From the human T2T-CHM13v2.0 reference genome, Homo sapiens, in the NCBI RefSeq assembly GCF_009914755.1, contig NC_060927.1: DNA of 64,000 nucleotides. The stretch is one strand, 5' to 3'. This document shows positions 41,288 to 59,586 of the stretch, piece by piece (within the stretch, counting starts at the first letter, position 1; each line of letters begins with the position of its first letter). The position numbers were made by a program, and so were the translations under genes. The notes under the pieces are model-generated. The model was not told where the DNA came from and did no database searches. It saw nothing but the letters and a program-made list of their open reading frames with translations.

Positions 41288-42852
41288 TAGGGAAAGCAAG
41301 CCAACTACATAAAATAACAAAATGGATGATGTGCTTCCACATCATAGGGGTGGGAGGCATATATGAAAAACACCTGGATACATCATGATGACCTATGACA
41401 TACACTTCTGGCTAGGAAACATGGGGCCTTCTGGGCATAGCAGGATGGTTGAGAAAGAACTTTATTATTCCACAAGAGTAATAGCAATTTGGATATTTGA
41501 GTTGGCCTCTGTGTTATTGAGGAGTTAGGTCTTCAGGGGAAAAAAGAAGCCTTAGAGGAAGGCAATAAGACAGGGCCAAAGTTGGGGCAAGCCCTGTGCA
41601 TTCCCTTTGGGAAGAGTAACCAATGATATAAAAAATGATGATTAATGTAAGTTGTTTTCTGTATCATTCACCCTTAATCTAAACTTTCATTAAAAACACA
41701 CTTCACACAACAGCTGTGACAGTGGGAGTAAATCAAGAGTCGCATAATGTGGGGAGCCTTATGTGAAGTGAAGTTGGAAGGAAAGAATCAAGAAATCACA
41801 GCCACCATTACATAGTTTGTAGATGGCCCTCTCACAGAGCAGCAGTATTTTAAACAGAATCTCTTAAATTTATCTAATAGCTAATATAATAAAGTTAGTA
41901 TAGAATGTGCTATAGTTAGGTATAGAAATGTGCTATATCTTTCCATATTTTGTTCTGGGTTGTGGTGGGGAGGTTGTTGGACAGAGAAAAAGAAAAGAAA
42001 TACAAAAGTAGAGCAACTTAATATAAAGCTAAGGGAAACACAAAATAGAATTTAGATGCTCAGATTCAATTTCCCTCACTTATCCTCAGGATTACTCTAA
42101 AGCACCACCAACACTGCCACCACCACTCCCAACAACAACAACAATAAAACTTCATTTCCCCTTTACCCTGATGATGCTTTTGTCTTTGACCAAAAATTAT
42201 TAATATTTTACAGGTTTACAAAACATACCAATGCCAATTATGAAATACTCTAAACTTATACCAACATATCAGTTATTTAAAAACTCACCTTCTGTCACCA
42301 AACCCTTAGAGCCTAGTGAATAATAATTTTCTCAGAGGGAATTGCATGTGGAAGCCAAAGAGATGTGATGTGTATAACCCACAATTTGTTGGCTACATTA
42401 GTAACTTTCCAGCCTTGAAATCCTGTGGCTGAGGATGCTGTAAAATAGGTAAACGATAAATGTCAGGGTTGGTGGGCACTTTACAGTCTTTGGAATCAAA
42501 TTTTCTTATTTGAAAAACAAAACTAACAATATGAGTGAATTCTGAGTCTTACTGTGAATGGGGCAACTTGTCTTTTCAAAATGAATATTACACTATTTGG
42601 CAAAAAGGCTCTGGAAAAGAGAACACACTACATACACTGTCTTAAAGGCAGAGAGACATGCAGGGATATAGCACAGCACTGCTCAAACTGGCCTGTAGAG
42701 CAGGGCCAATTTGTGATCTGTTTGCTAATGGTCTGTAGCATGGTAAGCACAGACTTTGGGAGTAATCCTTTAGAAACTTTTGTAGCAATTTGTTAATGTT
42801 GAGTCTAAGAATGAAATAAAAATAGGTTTGCAGTTTTATGACCTTATTCTTT

Positions 42853-44520
42853 TTTTTTTTTAATTGATCATTCTTGGGTGTTTCTGGCAGAGGGGGATTT
42901 GGCAGGGTCATAGGACAATAGTGGAGGGAAGGTCAGCAGATAAACAAGTGAACAAAGGTCTCTGGTTTTCCTAGGCAGAGGACTCTGCGGCCTTCTGCAG
43001 TGTTTGTGTCCCTGGGTACTTGAGATTAGGGAGTGGTGATGACTCTTAACGAGCATGCTGCCTTCAAGCATCTGTTTAACAAAGCACATCTTGCACCGCC
43101 CTTAATCCATTTAACCCTGAGTGGACACAGCACATGTTTCAGAGAGCACAGGGTTGGGGGTAAGGTCATAGATCAACAGGATCCCAAGGCAGAAGAATTT
43201 TTCTTAGCACAGAACAAAATGAAAAGTCTCCCACGTCTACTTCTTTCTACACAGACACAGCAACCATCCGATTTCTCAATCTTTTCCCCACCTTTCCCCC
43301 TTTTCTATTCCACAAAACCGCCATTGTCATCATGGCCCGTTCTCAATGAGCTGTTGGGAACACCTCCCAGACGGGGTGGTGGCCGGGCAGAGGGGCTCCT
43401 CTCTTCCCAGTAGGGGCGGCCGGGCTGAGGCGCCCCCCCACCTCCCAGATGGGGCAGCTGGCTGGGCGGGGGGCTGACCCCCCCACCTCCCTCCCGGACG
43501 GGGTGGCTGGCCGGGCGGGGGGCTGATCCCCCACCTCCCTCCCGGACGGGGCGGCTGGCCAGGCGGGGGCTGACCCCCCACCTCCCTCCCAGACGGGGCG
43601 GCTGGCCGGGCAGGGGCTGACCCCCACCTCCCTCCCGGACGGGGTGGCTGCTGGGCGGAGACGCTCCTCACTTCCCAGACGGGGTGGCTGCCGGGCGGAG
43701 GGGCTCCTCACTTCTCAGACGGGGCGGCTGCCAGGTGGAGGGTCTACTCACTTCTCAGACGGGGCGGCCGGGCAGAGACGCTCCTCACCTCCCAGACGGG
43801 GTCGCGGCTGGGCAGAGGCACTCCTCACATCCCAGACGGGGCGGTGGGGCAGAGGCGCTCCCCACATCTCAGATGATGGGTGGCCGGACAGAGACGCTCC
43901 TCACTTCCTAGATGTGATGGCGGCCGGGAAGAGGCACTCCTCACTTCCTAGATGGGATGGCGGCCGGGCAGAGACGCTCCTCACTTTCCAGACTGGGCAG
44001 CCAGGCAGAGGGGCTCCTCACATCCCAGACGATGGGCGGCCGGGCAGAGACGCTCCTCACTTCCCAGACGGGGTGGCAGCCGGGCAGAGGCTGCAATCTT
44101 GGCACTTTGGGAGGCCAAGGCAGGCGGCTGGGAGGTGGAGGTTGTAGCGAGCGAGATCAGGCCACTGCACTCCAGCCTGGGCACCATTGAGCACTGATGA
44201 AGGAGACTCCGTCTGCAATCCCGGCACCTCGGGAGGCCGAGGCTGGCGGATCACTCGCGGTTAGGAGCTGGAGACCAGCCCGGCCAACACAGCGAAACCC
44301 CGTCTCCACCAAAAAAATATGAAAACCAGTCAGGCGTGGCCGCGCTTGCCTGCAATCGCAGGCACTCAGCAGGCTGAGGCAGGAGAATCAGGCAGGGAGG
44401 TTGCAGTGAGCCGAGATGGCAGCAGTACAGTCCAGCTTCGGCTCGGCATGAGAGGGAGACTGTGGAAAGAGAGGGAGAGGGAGACCGTGGGGAGAGGGAG
44501 AGGGAGAGGGAGAGGGAGCA
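42853..44520 (-). mobile_element. Full-length SVA (SVA_C/D-like)
   Basis: Poly(T), SINE-R, GC-rich VNTR (~43370-44090), Alu-like domain, (CCCTCT)n; 12-bp TSD accttattcttt at 42841-42852 and 44521-44532. Confidence 0.98.
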
Positions 44521-45997
44521 ACCTTATTCTTTATTTCATCTAGTAATTCACTTTTATTTTATTGTGTTTTATAAAAGTCCATGACAGATTGAAAAGATAG
44601 ATAGAAGGATAGACAGAATGATAGAGAGATAGAACTAGTTCTTCTTCACCACAGCTTGAGAAGCACCACTCTAGCAGGCATGCATCACCATTTTCCTTGG
44701 GTAATATGAAGCCATGTCACTCCTCAGTTCCAATTTATTTATTTTTATTCTAAGCTTACTAAAAACCATAAAACATTAAAAGAACCTTAAGTCCCATGAT
44801 TCCTCTTTGGCTGGTTCAACTGAACAAATGAAGACAAAAGATAGGGACCACTTTGAGGAGGAAGGATGTTCTGTAGGGAGAAACTAGCAAGAGGATAAAA
44901 GAATAGACCCATCAATGGAAGAAAATGAGAAAAAAAAAAAAAAAACCCACAAGGACTATGTCTTACTCTCATGTACAACCTCAGCAGCTAGCATAGACCT
45001 GGCACATAGTTGGCACATGGTAAATAATTGTTGAATTAAAGTAATTCTAAGTGTCATTATTGTGGAAAAATGATGAAAAATGAAGCAAAATTCAATATAT
45101 CAGAATCTGTATTTCTTAAGGAAAGTATTTAAATGTAAAAGCCTAGCAAAACTAAAAAGAATTTATTTTAAATAAGCTAAGGCCTATTAGGGTTCTGACA
45201 TTTATGTTACTGGATGTTGATATTGTTTTCTACATTGCTGTGATTGTACAGTTTTGGAGGAAGAGTCAGTATAATTAGAAGAGCTCTTATTCCTCAACTT
45301 CCTAATTTTCCTCCTGTAAATGAGAGAAATATAACAGGGTATCAGCAACCTGACAAGGTTGCAAGCAATTGTTTCATGTTGGTGCCAGCTTCAGAAACCC
45401 TTTATGATGAATGCATCACCAGCCCTTCAAAGTCATTTTTGATTTATGTATAATTTTAAAGTAATATGTATGGTCCTGTTGAGAAAGTTTAAAATACATA
45501 ATAATTTAAAGAATGAAATAGAAATTATCTCTAATTTCAAGCATAACACTAATGTTTTTAATATTTTGATGTATTTTTATCAGTTTTTCATAAATATGAA
45601 AGGCAAACATTAAGTCCCATAGAAAATTTGTTCTTATGTAAAATTATCTCGTCAATTTCTGAGATAGTGGGTCCTAACAAATGGGCAAGTTTTTAAACTA
45701 TCCTACCAACACTTCCTGATCTATAAAATGGGCATGATAATAGGGACTTAAAACAAAGGTTATCATGAAGATTATCGAGTTAATATCTGTATGACACTTA
45801 AAAGAACTAGTTACGTATACTGAGTGCTGTATATTTTGTATTTTTTTTTTGGAATGGAGAATCTTTTGATGCTATCTCTTGCATTCCTAAAAACAATATA
45901 AAGTGGTGGGAGAGTGGTGTCTGGTGTGAGCCTGATGATGTTAAATTTCTTTGCATAAGAAAAGAGGTGAGAAATTGAGACACTCACAGGGAAAATC

Positions 45998-46437
45998 TAG
46001 CCTATTATTGTCCATGTGAAAAATAATGCAAGCCACATATCAACTTTTAAATTTTCTAGTAACCATAGTAAAAAGTAAAAAGAAACAGATAACATTAATT
46101 TTAATAATATATTTTATTTAAACCAATATATCAACAATATTATAATTGCAATAAAAATCATAGGATATTTTATATTATTTTATTTGTACTAAATATCCAA
46201 AATCTGATAAAATGAAGCCAGTTCACTCCTCAGTCCCAATTTTATTCTAAACTCCAAATTTTGGTTTTGTTTTGCCTTTACAGTTTCTTGCAGTTAATTT
46301 TATATAAGTATTTATGTGAGCTATGATTTATGGAGATAGTTCATGTTGAACATGCAGCATATTTGTTTTATTCGACGGCCTAATTTCAAGTGCATAGCAG
46401 CCACAAGTGGCTGAGTGAGAGCTATCATACCGCACAG
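45998..46437. mobile_element. MER33 (hAT) interrupted by a ~165-bp insertion
   Basis: 'ataatgcaagccacatat...taaattttctagtaaccata.taaaaagtaaaaagaaacag' and end 'tttcaagtgc...agccacaagtggct'. Confidence 0.75.
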
Positions 46438-46899
46438 ATTGTAGGACTTGTAGGACAAGAGCCAGGACAGACTCAGTGCCTGTAATGGTGCAAGGGAACA
46501 AGGTAGAGAAAAGGTTCTTTGATGAGCAGAAGGTAGACATCAGGGTGAACAATGGAGAATTTCAGAGGACAATCATGTTTTCTGTGTGTACCCATTACCC
46601 CACTCACAACACACACACATTTTAATGAATCTTTAGTTAAATATCCATGTATCAATAAATTTCTGGTGAATTAAATTTTTTTTTTTTTGGAAAAGCAGGA
46701 AAATGTTAAATCCCATCCCAAGGCTTTTTAGCCACAAGTATATTTGTGAGATGTAAACATGTAAAAACCTACTGCATATAATACTCATAGGCTTTGATTT
46801 TGGCTTAGGTGTTGTCTTTATAGTTTCCTGTCGTTAATCTTATAAAACTATTTATGTGAGCTATCATTAAGTATGCAATTCTTCATGTTGAGCATGTAG

Positions 46900-47275
46900 C
46901 ATATTTGTATTTTTATTGTTACAATGACATTAAACAAACACCCTCATGAATAAGTCTGTGTGCTCATCTCTGATTATTTCCTTAGGCTGGATTCTGGGAA
47001 GTGAACTTATGGAATCAAAGGTTATGCAAACATGTAAGTTTCTTGCCATATGTCTTCAAATTTATTCTCATAAGATACACAGTGTATGCCAGGATTCAGT
47101 TTAGACACTATATTCCTTAAATAATGACATTTTTGATGGAAGAAAATGGCATATTATTCATATTATTGCTGTTGTTATTGTTTTCAGTTTCAAGTGTGAA
47201 TATTTATGTTGAACATTTCTCCCTGGTCTTGTTGGTCCAATTTTTTCTTTTGAATTGCTTGTTTATATCTTGTGC
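46900..47275 (-). mobile_element. Ancient L1ME-like 3' fragment
   Basis: 'tctctgattatttccttaggctggattct.ggaagtgaa...ggaatcaaaggttatg'. Confidence 0.55.
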
Positions 47276-48702
47276 CTGCAGGCCATGTCATTACTTTTTC
47301 ATCAGACTCCTAGGATTCCCTGTTCCGTCTAGCCAAGTGGGTATGCAGAGAGGTAATGTGATGAGGAGGCCCTGCTGCCGGGCCTCAGAGATCTCACTAC
47401 CGGATGGTAGTCATGATAAAACATACTGCAGTTACAATCAGTTAAATCTGAGTAAGCAACTAAGCTAACCTTTGGAATAAATTCATATACCCCCGAGGTC
47501 TGTCTGCTATAATAGCACTACTAAAAAGCAGACAAATACTTTGAGTTTTATAATTTAAGCTTTGCCATCCCCTTAGAAGAGGTTTGACTTTATGAAATAT
47601 ATCTGTCTGCAAACAGCCTTGGGGCCTGTGTGCTCCTTTTGCATTTAACCAGCTATTAAAAATCCCTCAGAAGCTGTGACCTGTATAGGTTCAATCTGCT
47701 TTGGCTAGTAAATCAGTTAAGGCTGGAAGTTCCCTACAATTTTTTTAAAAGACATTGGAGATACTAAAAATAATTCTTCTGTCTTTGTAGAGGTGAGGAA
47801 AATAATTCAAAAGTGGTTCAAACATAGTCAGAATCTGTCCATCATAACTAATCACTCTTTCCTGCCAAAATACACTTACTCATTTATACCATAAATATTT
47901 GCATGCCTGCTCTGTTCCATGTAGTATATTAAAAAATGGAGCCAACTATAAATTAGACATTTCTTATCCTGAAGAAACCAAGTTTGGTGAAATAAAGAAA
48001 AAATCATAAATAAATGCAATATTAGGTGATAGATGCTACAGTAGAGTTGTGGTCAGGAACTATACGATCATAGAGGAAAAGAATAACCACGTGGATTGAA
48101 AAAAAAAACCTTAAAAGAAAGTTGATATTTGAGCCGAATTTTGGGATATGGGTTGAAGTACCCCCAGCAAAAAGGAGGAAAGAGAAGGGTAGATCTTACG
48201 GAAAAGAAACAAGGAATCCCCTCCCTACCCACTGCCAGTGAAGGGTATATTAGAGAATTTTAAATAGGAAAGTGATGGTAATCAGAACACATGAGCCTTT
48301 TTCTATGTCTCTTCTGGGTTTCTATCACTACCCAACTGTGATGGTTAATAGTGAGTATCAACTTGATTGGACTGGAGGATGCAAAGTATTGATCCTGGGT
48401 GTATCTGTGAGGGTGTTGCCAAAGGAGATTAACATTTGAGTCAGTGGACTGAGGAAGGCAGAAACACCCTTAATCTGCTGGGCACCATCTAATGAGCTGC
48501 CAGTGAATATAAAGCAGGTAGAGAAAGATGAAAAAGCAAGACTGACCTAGCCTCCCAGCTTACATCTTTCTCCCATGCTGGATGCTTCCTGCCCTGGAAC
48601 ACTGGACTCCAATTTCTTCAGTTTTGAGACTTAGACTGGCTCTCCTTGCTCCTCAAGCTTGTAGACAGCCTATTGTGGGACCTTGTGATCATGTAAGTGA
48701 AT

Positions 48703-48705
<3 letters not shown>

Positions 48706-48770
<65 letters not shown>

Positions 48771-48784
48771 TAGATAGATAGATA
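48706..48784. repeat. (CT)n(TA)n(GATA)n compound microsatellite inside the 5' MLT2A LTR
   Basis: Direct inspection. Confidence 0.95.
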
Positions 48785-48870
48785 CATCCTATTATTCTCT
48801 ACCTCTAGAGAACCCTGACTAATACAGATTTTGGTACCAGGAGTGGTTCTAGAGAAACAGAGTATTACAG

Positions 48871-49704
48871 ATGGATTTCTTTCATTGGTTTTGGGGTTTC
48901 TGGAGTTGGCTGCTTAATATGATTAGACCTAAAACTGCTAAGGACTCTGTTTCTAATAGTATGGAGAACACTAATAGTGCTTGGCATGAACTGTTTAGAG
49001 AGTTATGCAAAACAAATGCATTTGACACTCCTGATTCACTGCTCATGAGAGGGAAGGAGTTTAGTGACTCTATACATAATACCTTTGACCGTATGTGGAG
49101 AACCGAGGAATGCAATGAAGCTGGTTGGTTGTTCCTAAGTTCAGTGGACAAAGTGATGAAAGAAAATGATGAACTTAGGGATTCTGTCTCCTGGCTTCAG
49201 AAGTAGATGATGACCCTCAAATCTGCTAAGATTTCCCTGAGTTAGTCTTATCTCCTGTAGAGAAAGAGCTGAAATTGTGGAAAAACAGACAAAAACTCTT
49301 ATCATGTGAGTGGCTGACCTGCAATGAAAGGTGCATGCACAGCCTCGCCAGGTGTCTACTGTTAAAGTGAGGGCATTGATTGGAAAAGAATGACACCCTG
49401 CGACTTGAAATAGGGGTGTGTGGGAGGACCCTGATGAAGCTGGGGACATTAAGTTTATAAACTCTGATGAACCTTTTTTTCCAGAAGGAACAGCTTCCCC
49501 AACCCCAAGAGTGGCAACATCCCCTCTCCAACCCATGCTGCCATCAGCCTTTCCACCTTTGTCTGAGGAGATAAACCCTGCGCTGCCTGAAGCAACAGTG
49601 ATGGCCTCCTCTGAGGCAGTTGCCAGGCAAAATGATGTTGATTCTCCTCAGGAGGATTCCCAACACCCCTGTTTGCCTTTAGACCTATAACTAGACTAAA
49701 GTCT
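48871..49704 (+). pseudogene. gag: HERVL gag 5' part, disrupted and truncated
   Basis: ORF pieces 'SAWHELFRELCKTNAFD...GWLFLSSVDKVMKENDELRDS' and 'WEDPDEAGD...'; internal stops. Confidence 0.85.
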
Positions 49705-54189
<4,485 letters not shown>

Positions 54190-57100
54190 CAATACCAGCT
54201 ATGACCACGTGACCAGCTGCAGAAATGGGAACTGTACCTGTCATTAGTATTTCCTCCTTTTTTGTTAAAAACATGCTTGTGCATGTATACATTTGTACTA
54301 AGAAAATATCTTCATTTTATTTCCTTTTCCTTTATCATTTGACATAAAATTTATTGACTTCATATCAGCATTTAAGTATTGTTAAGTTTATGTAATAGTA
54401 TTTGGGTTGGGGATTGGTGCATTTCCTGTTGTACAAAGGATAGTCATATTATGTTAGGCGTAATTATGACCTTATTATTGTCTTTATTTGAAGATTATGC
54501 ATGATCTCAGGAGATATGTATGGGTTCAAGTTGACAAGGGGTGGACTTGTGATGGTTGTTACTGAGTGTCAACTTGATTGGATCGAAGGATGCAAAGTAT
54601 TGATCCTGGGTGGGTCTGTGAGGGTGTTGCCAAAGGAGATTAGCATTTGAGTCAGTGGGCTGGGGAAGGCAGACCCCACCCTTAATCTGCTGGGCACCAT
54701 CTAATCAACTGCTAGCAAATATAAAGCAGGCAGAAAAACATGAAAAAGTGAGACTGGCCTAGCCTTCCAGCCTACATCTTTCTCCTGTGCTGGATACTTC
54801 CTGACCTCAAACATCAGACTCCACGTTCTTCAGTTTTGAAACTCGAACTGGCTCTCTTTTCTCCTCAAGCTTGCAGACAGCCTATTGTGGGACATTGTGA
54901 TTGTGTAAGTTAATACTTAATAAATTCCCCTCTCTATATAAATACATCCTATTAGTTCTGTGCCTCTAGAGAACCCTGACTAATACACCAACTACTTTAT
55001 GCTTCAAACAGACTTGAAACACTTGTACATCAGCTCAGAGTGTGCATTGTCCACTGCAAATACTAGTGCAAATTAAGAAGAAGAGAAAAAAGAAGGTCCA
55101 CGAGCTACCAATGACATCTAGGACTGCTGCTGTCTCATAGCACATACTCCTCCCACAAGGACTACAAATGACAAGAGAAAATTTGTATAATTGGAATTCT
55201 GGACATTTCTCAAATGCTCATTGACTCAAATACTTTCTGCTGTATTTGGAATTTTCAAACCAAAACATGATAGCAACCAGACCAGAAAAATGTAATTGAC
55301 CAGAAATGTCCTACAATATTTACAATATACTCATTTTTCTGCATGTTCAATTTTAAAAGTTGGGTATTCTGTACTGGAATCTAATGGGATTTGACTAATA
55401 ATCCTCACAAAAATGATGCCAGGATGTTCTTCAGCTTTTGATAGACTTTAAAATACACAGGCAGCATAATCTTGAGCAAGAAAAGAGCTGACTTTCTGTA
55501 CAGGAGAAATAAAGAATAGTGTAGCACTTGACAACCTTGAAGGTGACTTTTCCAAGTCATTGATTAACAGGTCCATGCCCTGAAATTCAAGTCATGGAGA
55601 TTTGTTACAGTTCTCTCAGTCACTAGAGTATTAAAAACCAAAATGCATCATTAACTCAGAAGCGGCCTATGCCATTTGGCAATAAGGGATCGTTTTCACT
55701 TTGGGTGACAAAGCCATCTGTGCAGATTCTTTGGACTTTAATACTAAAGGATTGTTTTTTGGGTTAGAGATAAAAGCAATCATTTTCCCACTATTATTCA
55801 CTTTTATCTGTTTAGTCAAAATGTATAGATTGCTGGGAAGAACCTTGGTGTAGATCAGCTCTAATGAACAAAAACAGTGTTGGAGAGTGTCCATGAAAGG
55901 AAATTCAGCAGATTTCCATGGCAATAGTCTACCAAGATGTTTAGCTTTTTTCTTAGAGGGATTTAAGGAGTTGAGGACTTGGGGAAGTGGAGTGGCCAGC
56001 AGGAGGTACAGAGAACAATTTCTGTTTCCTTCTCTCCCTATTGTCTGAAAAACCAAAACCTTAGTTAAAAGCTCTTTTCTCTCTGATTTTGTAAACAGCA
56101 CTGGAAATTACACAGAAGGTAAGTAGCATTAGCTTTAGTAAAGCTGGTTTTCAAAAAGTATATAATGCTATTCCAGGAAATCCTTATTTCCAAAGTAATT
56201 AAAAACCAGCCTTTATTCATTGTGATATTTTACTTCTCATGGATACTTTCATGTGATGTGTCAAGGAGATTACCTGGGCACTCAGTCAGCAATTTAAGTC
56301 AAATCCCAGCATCTAAGTATCTCAGGGAAGCCTAGTTCTTGCTCCAACTTTGATGAGCCTCAGTTTCTTTACCTGCAAAAAGGGGAGATTGTAGCACTTC
56401 TTTTCCTTTCTATGCAATGCGTGATTCCAAGTATCAAACTAGAGAATGAAAACATGTGGGTGCCAAAACCTCCTAAGCTATATAAAGTCTGCATATTCAT
56501 ATTCATCCTGTCAAATAGGCATTTTCAAGTCCATTGTCTTATTTAACCTTCAAAACAACACTGTGAAGTCAGTGGCAAAGCTCAGAGAAGTTTTAACTTA
56601 ATAAAGAGGTGTTATGCTTCATTTTAGATTTTTGTGATATAAAGATGATTACAACACAACCCTTCAAGAAATAAACCATCTGTGGGGATATAGATGCAAG
56701 TAAGTTGCAATATAGTGAGATAAATAAAACAATGAGATGAAAAGGATAGAAATGAGACTATGTTTGGACATAGGAGTATGAGCCCCCTCTGCTTGCCTAG
56801 AATAGAGGGTAACTGAAGAGGAGGATGGAGGTTGTGAGCATACATGAGTGTGTCTCTGTGTGTGTGTATGTGTATGTATGTGTGTTAGTATATAAGAAAA
56901 TGTTTCCTAGTGGAGAACATTAAAGTGCATTTTAGAAGGTTGATAAGTTCACCCAGCAAACTGGAGGACATTTCAGGTTGGAAAAATAAGAGTATTCAAG
57001 TAGGAAGATAAATGGGCTTTATACAAATGTTAACATGAAGTTAACTTGTATTAGCACAGGTGCTTAATAATAAAAGAATGATGTAAATTATGTAGACAAA

Positions 57101-57939
57101 CAGGAAAAGTTAGAATTTATCCTTCATTTATGACCAACAATTAGATGTTGCTTGAAGACTGAACAACATAATGTTCAAACATATGAATAGTTTTTACCCT
57201 TCTCTTTCTTCCTTCTGTTTAAGTAGCATTTATTTCAAAATTATTCAGCATTACTTAGAGACAAAGACACCCCCATATCTTTCTTTTCCATGGCTTTTAT
57301 GGCCTTTAATAAAAATTGATGATTCTTTTCCCTCCCCTCATTTGATGTAAAAAGTCAGGCAACTTGGACATTTCAAAAACCAAGGCAGCCAGCTTGGTGC
57401 CATAAAGTCTGAGATGGTCAAAAACATCTCAAGACGGGATAGAGCTGTGTCTAATGGATAGCAAAATATGGAGCCATGAAAAATGAACATTATAACAGTG
57501 GTATATTGCATCATTTCTCCCAGTTATCCACTCCTTTGGCATGTCTTTGCATTGCTTCTGCTTCTAAACCAGGTGTACTTTCTCATCCCATCAGTGCTGA
57601 CCTTGGACAGGTGATTTGGTCAAGACATGATTTGAGCAAAGTATGTACAATATATTTGTGTGATTTGGTTTGCCTTATGTGCTCCTTGATTCATGTAAAG
57701 ACCATTTCTCAGATCGTGGTTCCCCCTTCAGCCTGAGATCAAGAATGAAACACAGTAGAGCAGAGCCAAGCCCTGCTAAGCTTGTGGAAATTACCCAAAT
57801 CTCAGCCAATCTAAGGGTCTGTATTTAAACAAAATTTATGTTTATTTCTATGTAAGTTGGTGATATTTGGTGTTGGTTTTCACACAACAAAAATCAGTTA
57901 ATACTATTCTTTTGTTTTTGTACAGTTAGTGGCTCAGTA

Positions 57940-58405
57940 ATTTATTTTTTTCTTTTCATGACACCCCAACTGTAAAAAAAAAAAAGCTAATGGTTCAATT
58001 TATGAAATAGGCAAAAACAACTAATAGGTATTTATATTCCAACAACTTAGTAGCTGTATATTAAAGTAATTCTTATAAATTTAAAAACATTTTTATTCCA
58101 TTCTCAAATAACTGCAGCTACTTATAAGTTGAGTGCCATATAATTTTTTGAATCTTGTAATCAGATTGATCAATTTCCTCTTCCACATTTACTCTTCCAT
58201 ATTGAGTTTCATGCAGTGCTGGCTTTCCAACACAGCAACTACTGAGAAGTAGATTTCTTAAATATATGGCATAATTGAAAGAAATGTAGCATGATCTAAT
58301 GTTAAAACTTTGAGCTACCTCAAGCTAATAGTTCATGTAGTGCCTGACATGTGCCATTCTGTTTTCTTAATAAATTTAAAATATTCCTCAGTATCACTTT
58401 GGTAA
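57940..58405. mobile_element. hAT-Charlie remnant (Charlie4a-like)
   Basis: 'aacaacttagtagctgt', 'tagttcatgtagtgcctgaca', 'aaatttaaaatattcc' resemble recalled consensus. Confidence 0.5.
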
Positions 58406-59209
58406 CCTCCATGGGGAGCATGAAAGAATACAAGAAGCCACTCTACCACGCAGTATTTTTGGAGAGTAAAGTCTTTGAGATCTCTACAAACATAGGTTAT
58501 ATATACCCTTTTGAAATGAACTTGAGGCACCACATTATTTTTTTCCTCATGATCTGCCTTAATTTAAAAAGCGTAATACAATCTCCAAAATCTCCCAGTG
58601 TAGGACCTCAAAAAACAGTGTTGGGGCCCAAAACCTTAAAAGCAAGTCCAAGGATTCTTCTCAAGGAAAGTACCAAGAATGAACACGGGGAAGAGGAAAG
58701 ATGTTCACAGCCTGAGTATATTGTATGTGCTTGAATCTAGGTTATGGTAATGATTTATTTTGTGCACATATGGTTCCAAACATTTGGGGAAAGATAAATT
58801 GGTCATAATATGGTATAAAATGATCATTTACACTCAGATGCAAAATGAGTAACACCTGGAATCTGTCTTCAAATAGGATGAATTCAACCTTTTTGTTAGC
58901 ATTACATCAAAATTTTTTTAAAAAAAGCATTTAAGCAAGGTTTGGATATGCATATCTTCTTGGTCATATCAATTAAGAAATAAAAGGCATGGAGAATTTC
59001 TGTGTTCAGACAGCACATGAGGAGTGTGTCACAGAGGCAATGAAAAAAGATCATATGAGTAGCCAGAAATAGATTAATTCAGTTAATTTTGTTATACACA
59101 ATTTCAATGATCTTATAGTAGCTATGTTCAGGGATTTTCTACAGGTTGCTTAAACTTTTAGACATCAGTTCCTCATCTTTAAGTAAAATGATAGCTTTGA
59201 TTAAAACTA

Positions 59210-59586
59210 TGTATTACTCCATTCTCATGCTGCTAATAAAGACATACCTGAGACTGGGTAATTTTTAAAGAAAAGAGGCGTAATTGACTCACAGTTCAGC
59301 ATGCCTGGGAGGCCTCAGGAAATTCACAATCATGATGGAAGGCAAAGGGGAAGCAAGCACCTTCTTCACAAGGCAGCAGGAAGGAGAAATGCTAGCAGGG
59401 GAAATGCCAGATGCTTTTAAAACCATCAGATCTCTTGAGAACTCACTCACCATTATGAGAACAGCATGGGGGAAACTGCCCCCATGATCCAATCACCCCT
59501 CACCAGGACCCTCCCACGACATGTGGGGATAATGGGAAGTACAATTCAAGATGAGATTTGGGTGGGGACATAGCCAAACTATATAA
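59210..59586 (-). mobile_element. THE1D-like solo LTR
   Basis: 'tgtatta.tccattctcatgctgctaataaagacatacctgagactggg...gggtggggacatagccaaac'. Confidence 0.9.

Noticed and set aside
39120-41388. Many 60-180-aa ORFs
   Set aside because: Remnants or antisense frames of the THE1 LTR and internal sequence
43033-44543. Cluster of overlapping GC-rich ORFs / apparent CpG-island promoter
   Set aside because: Entirely within the SVA SINE-R, VNTR and Alu-like domains
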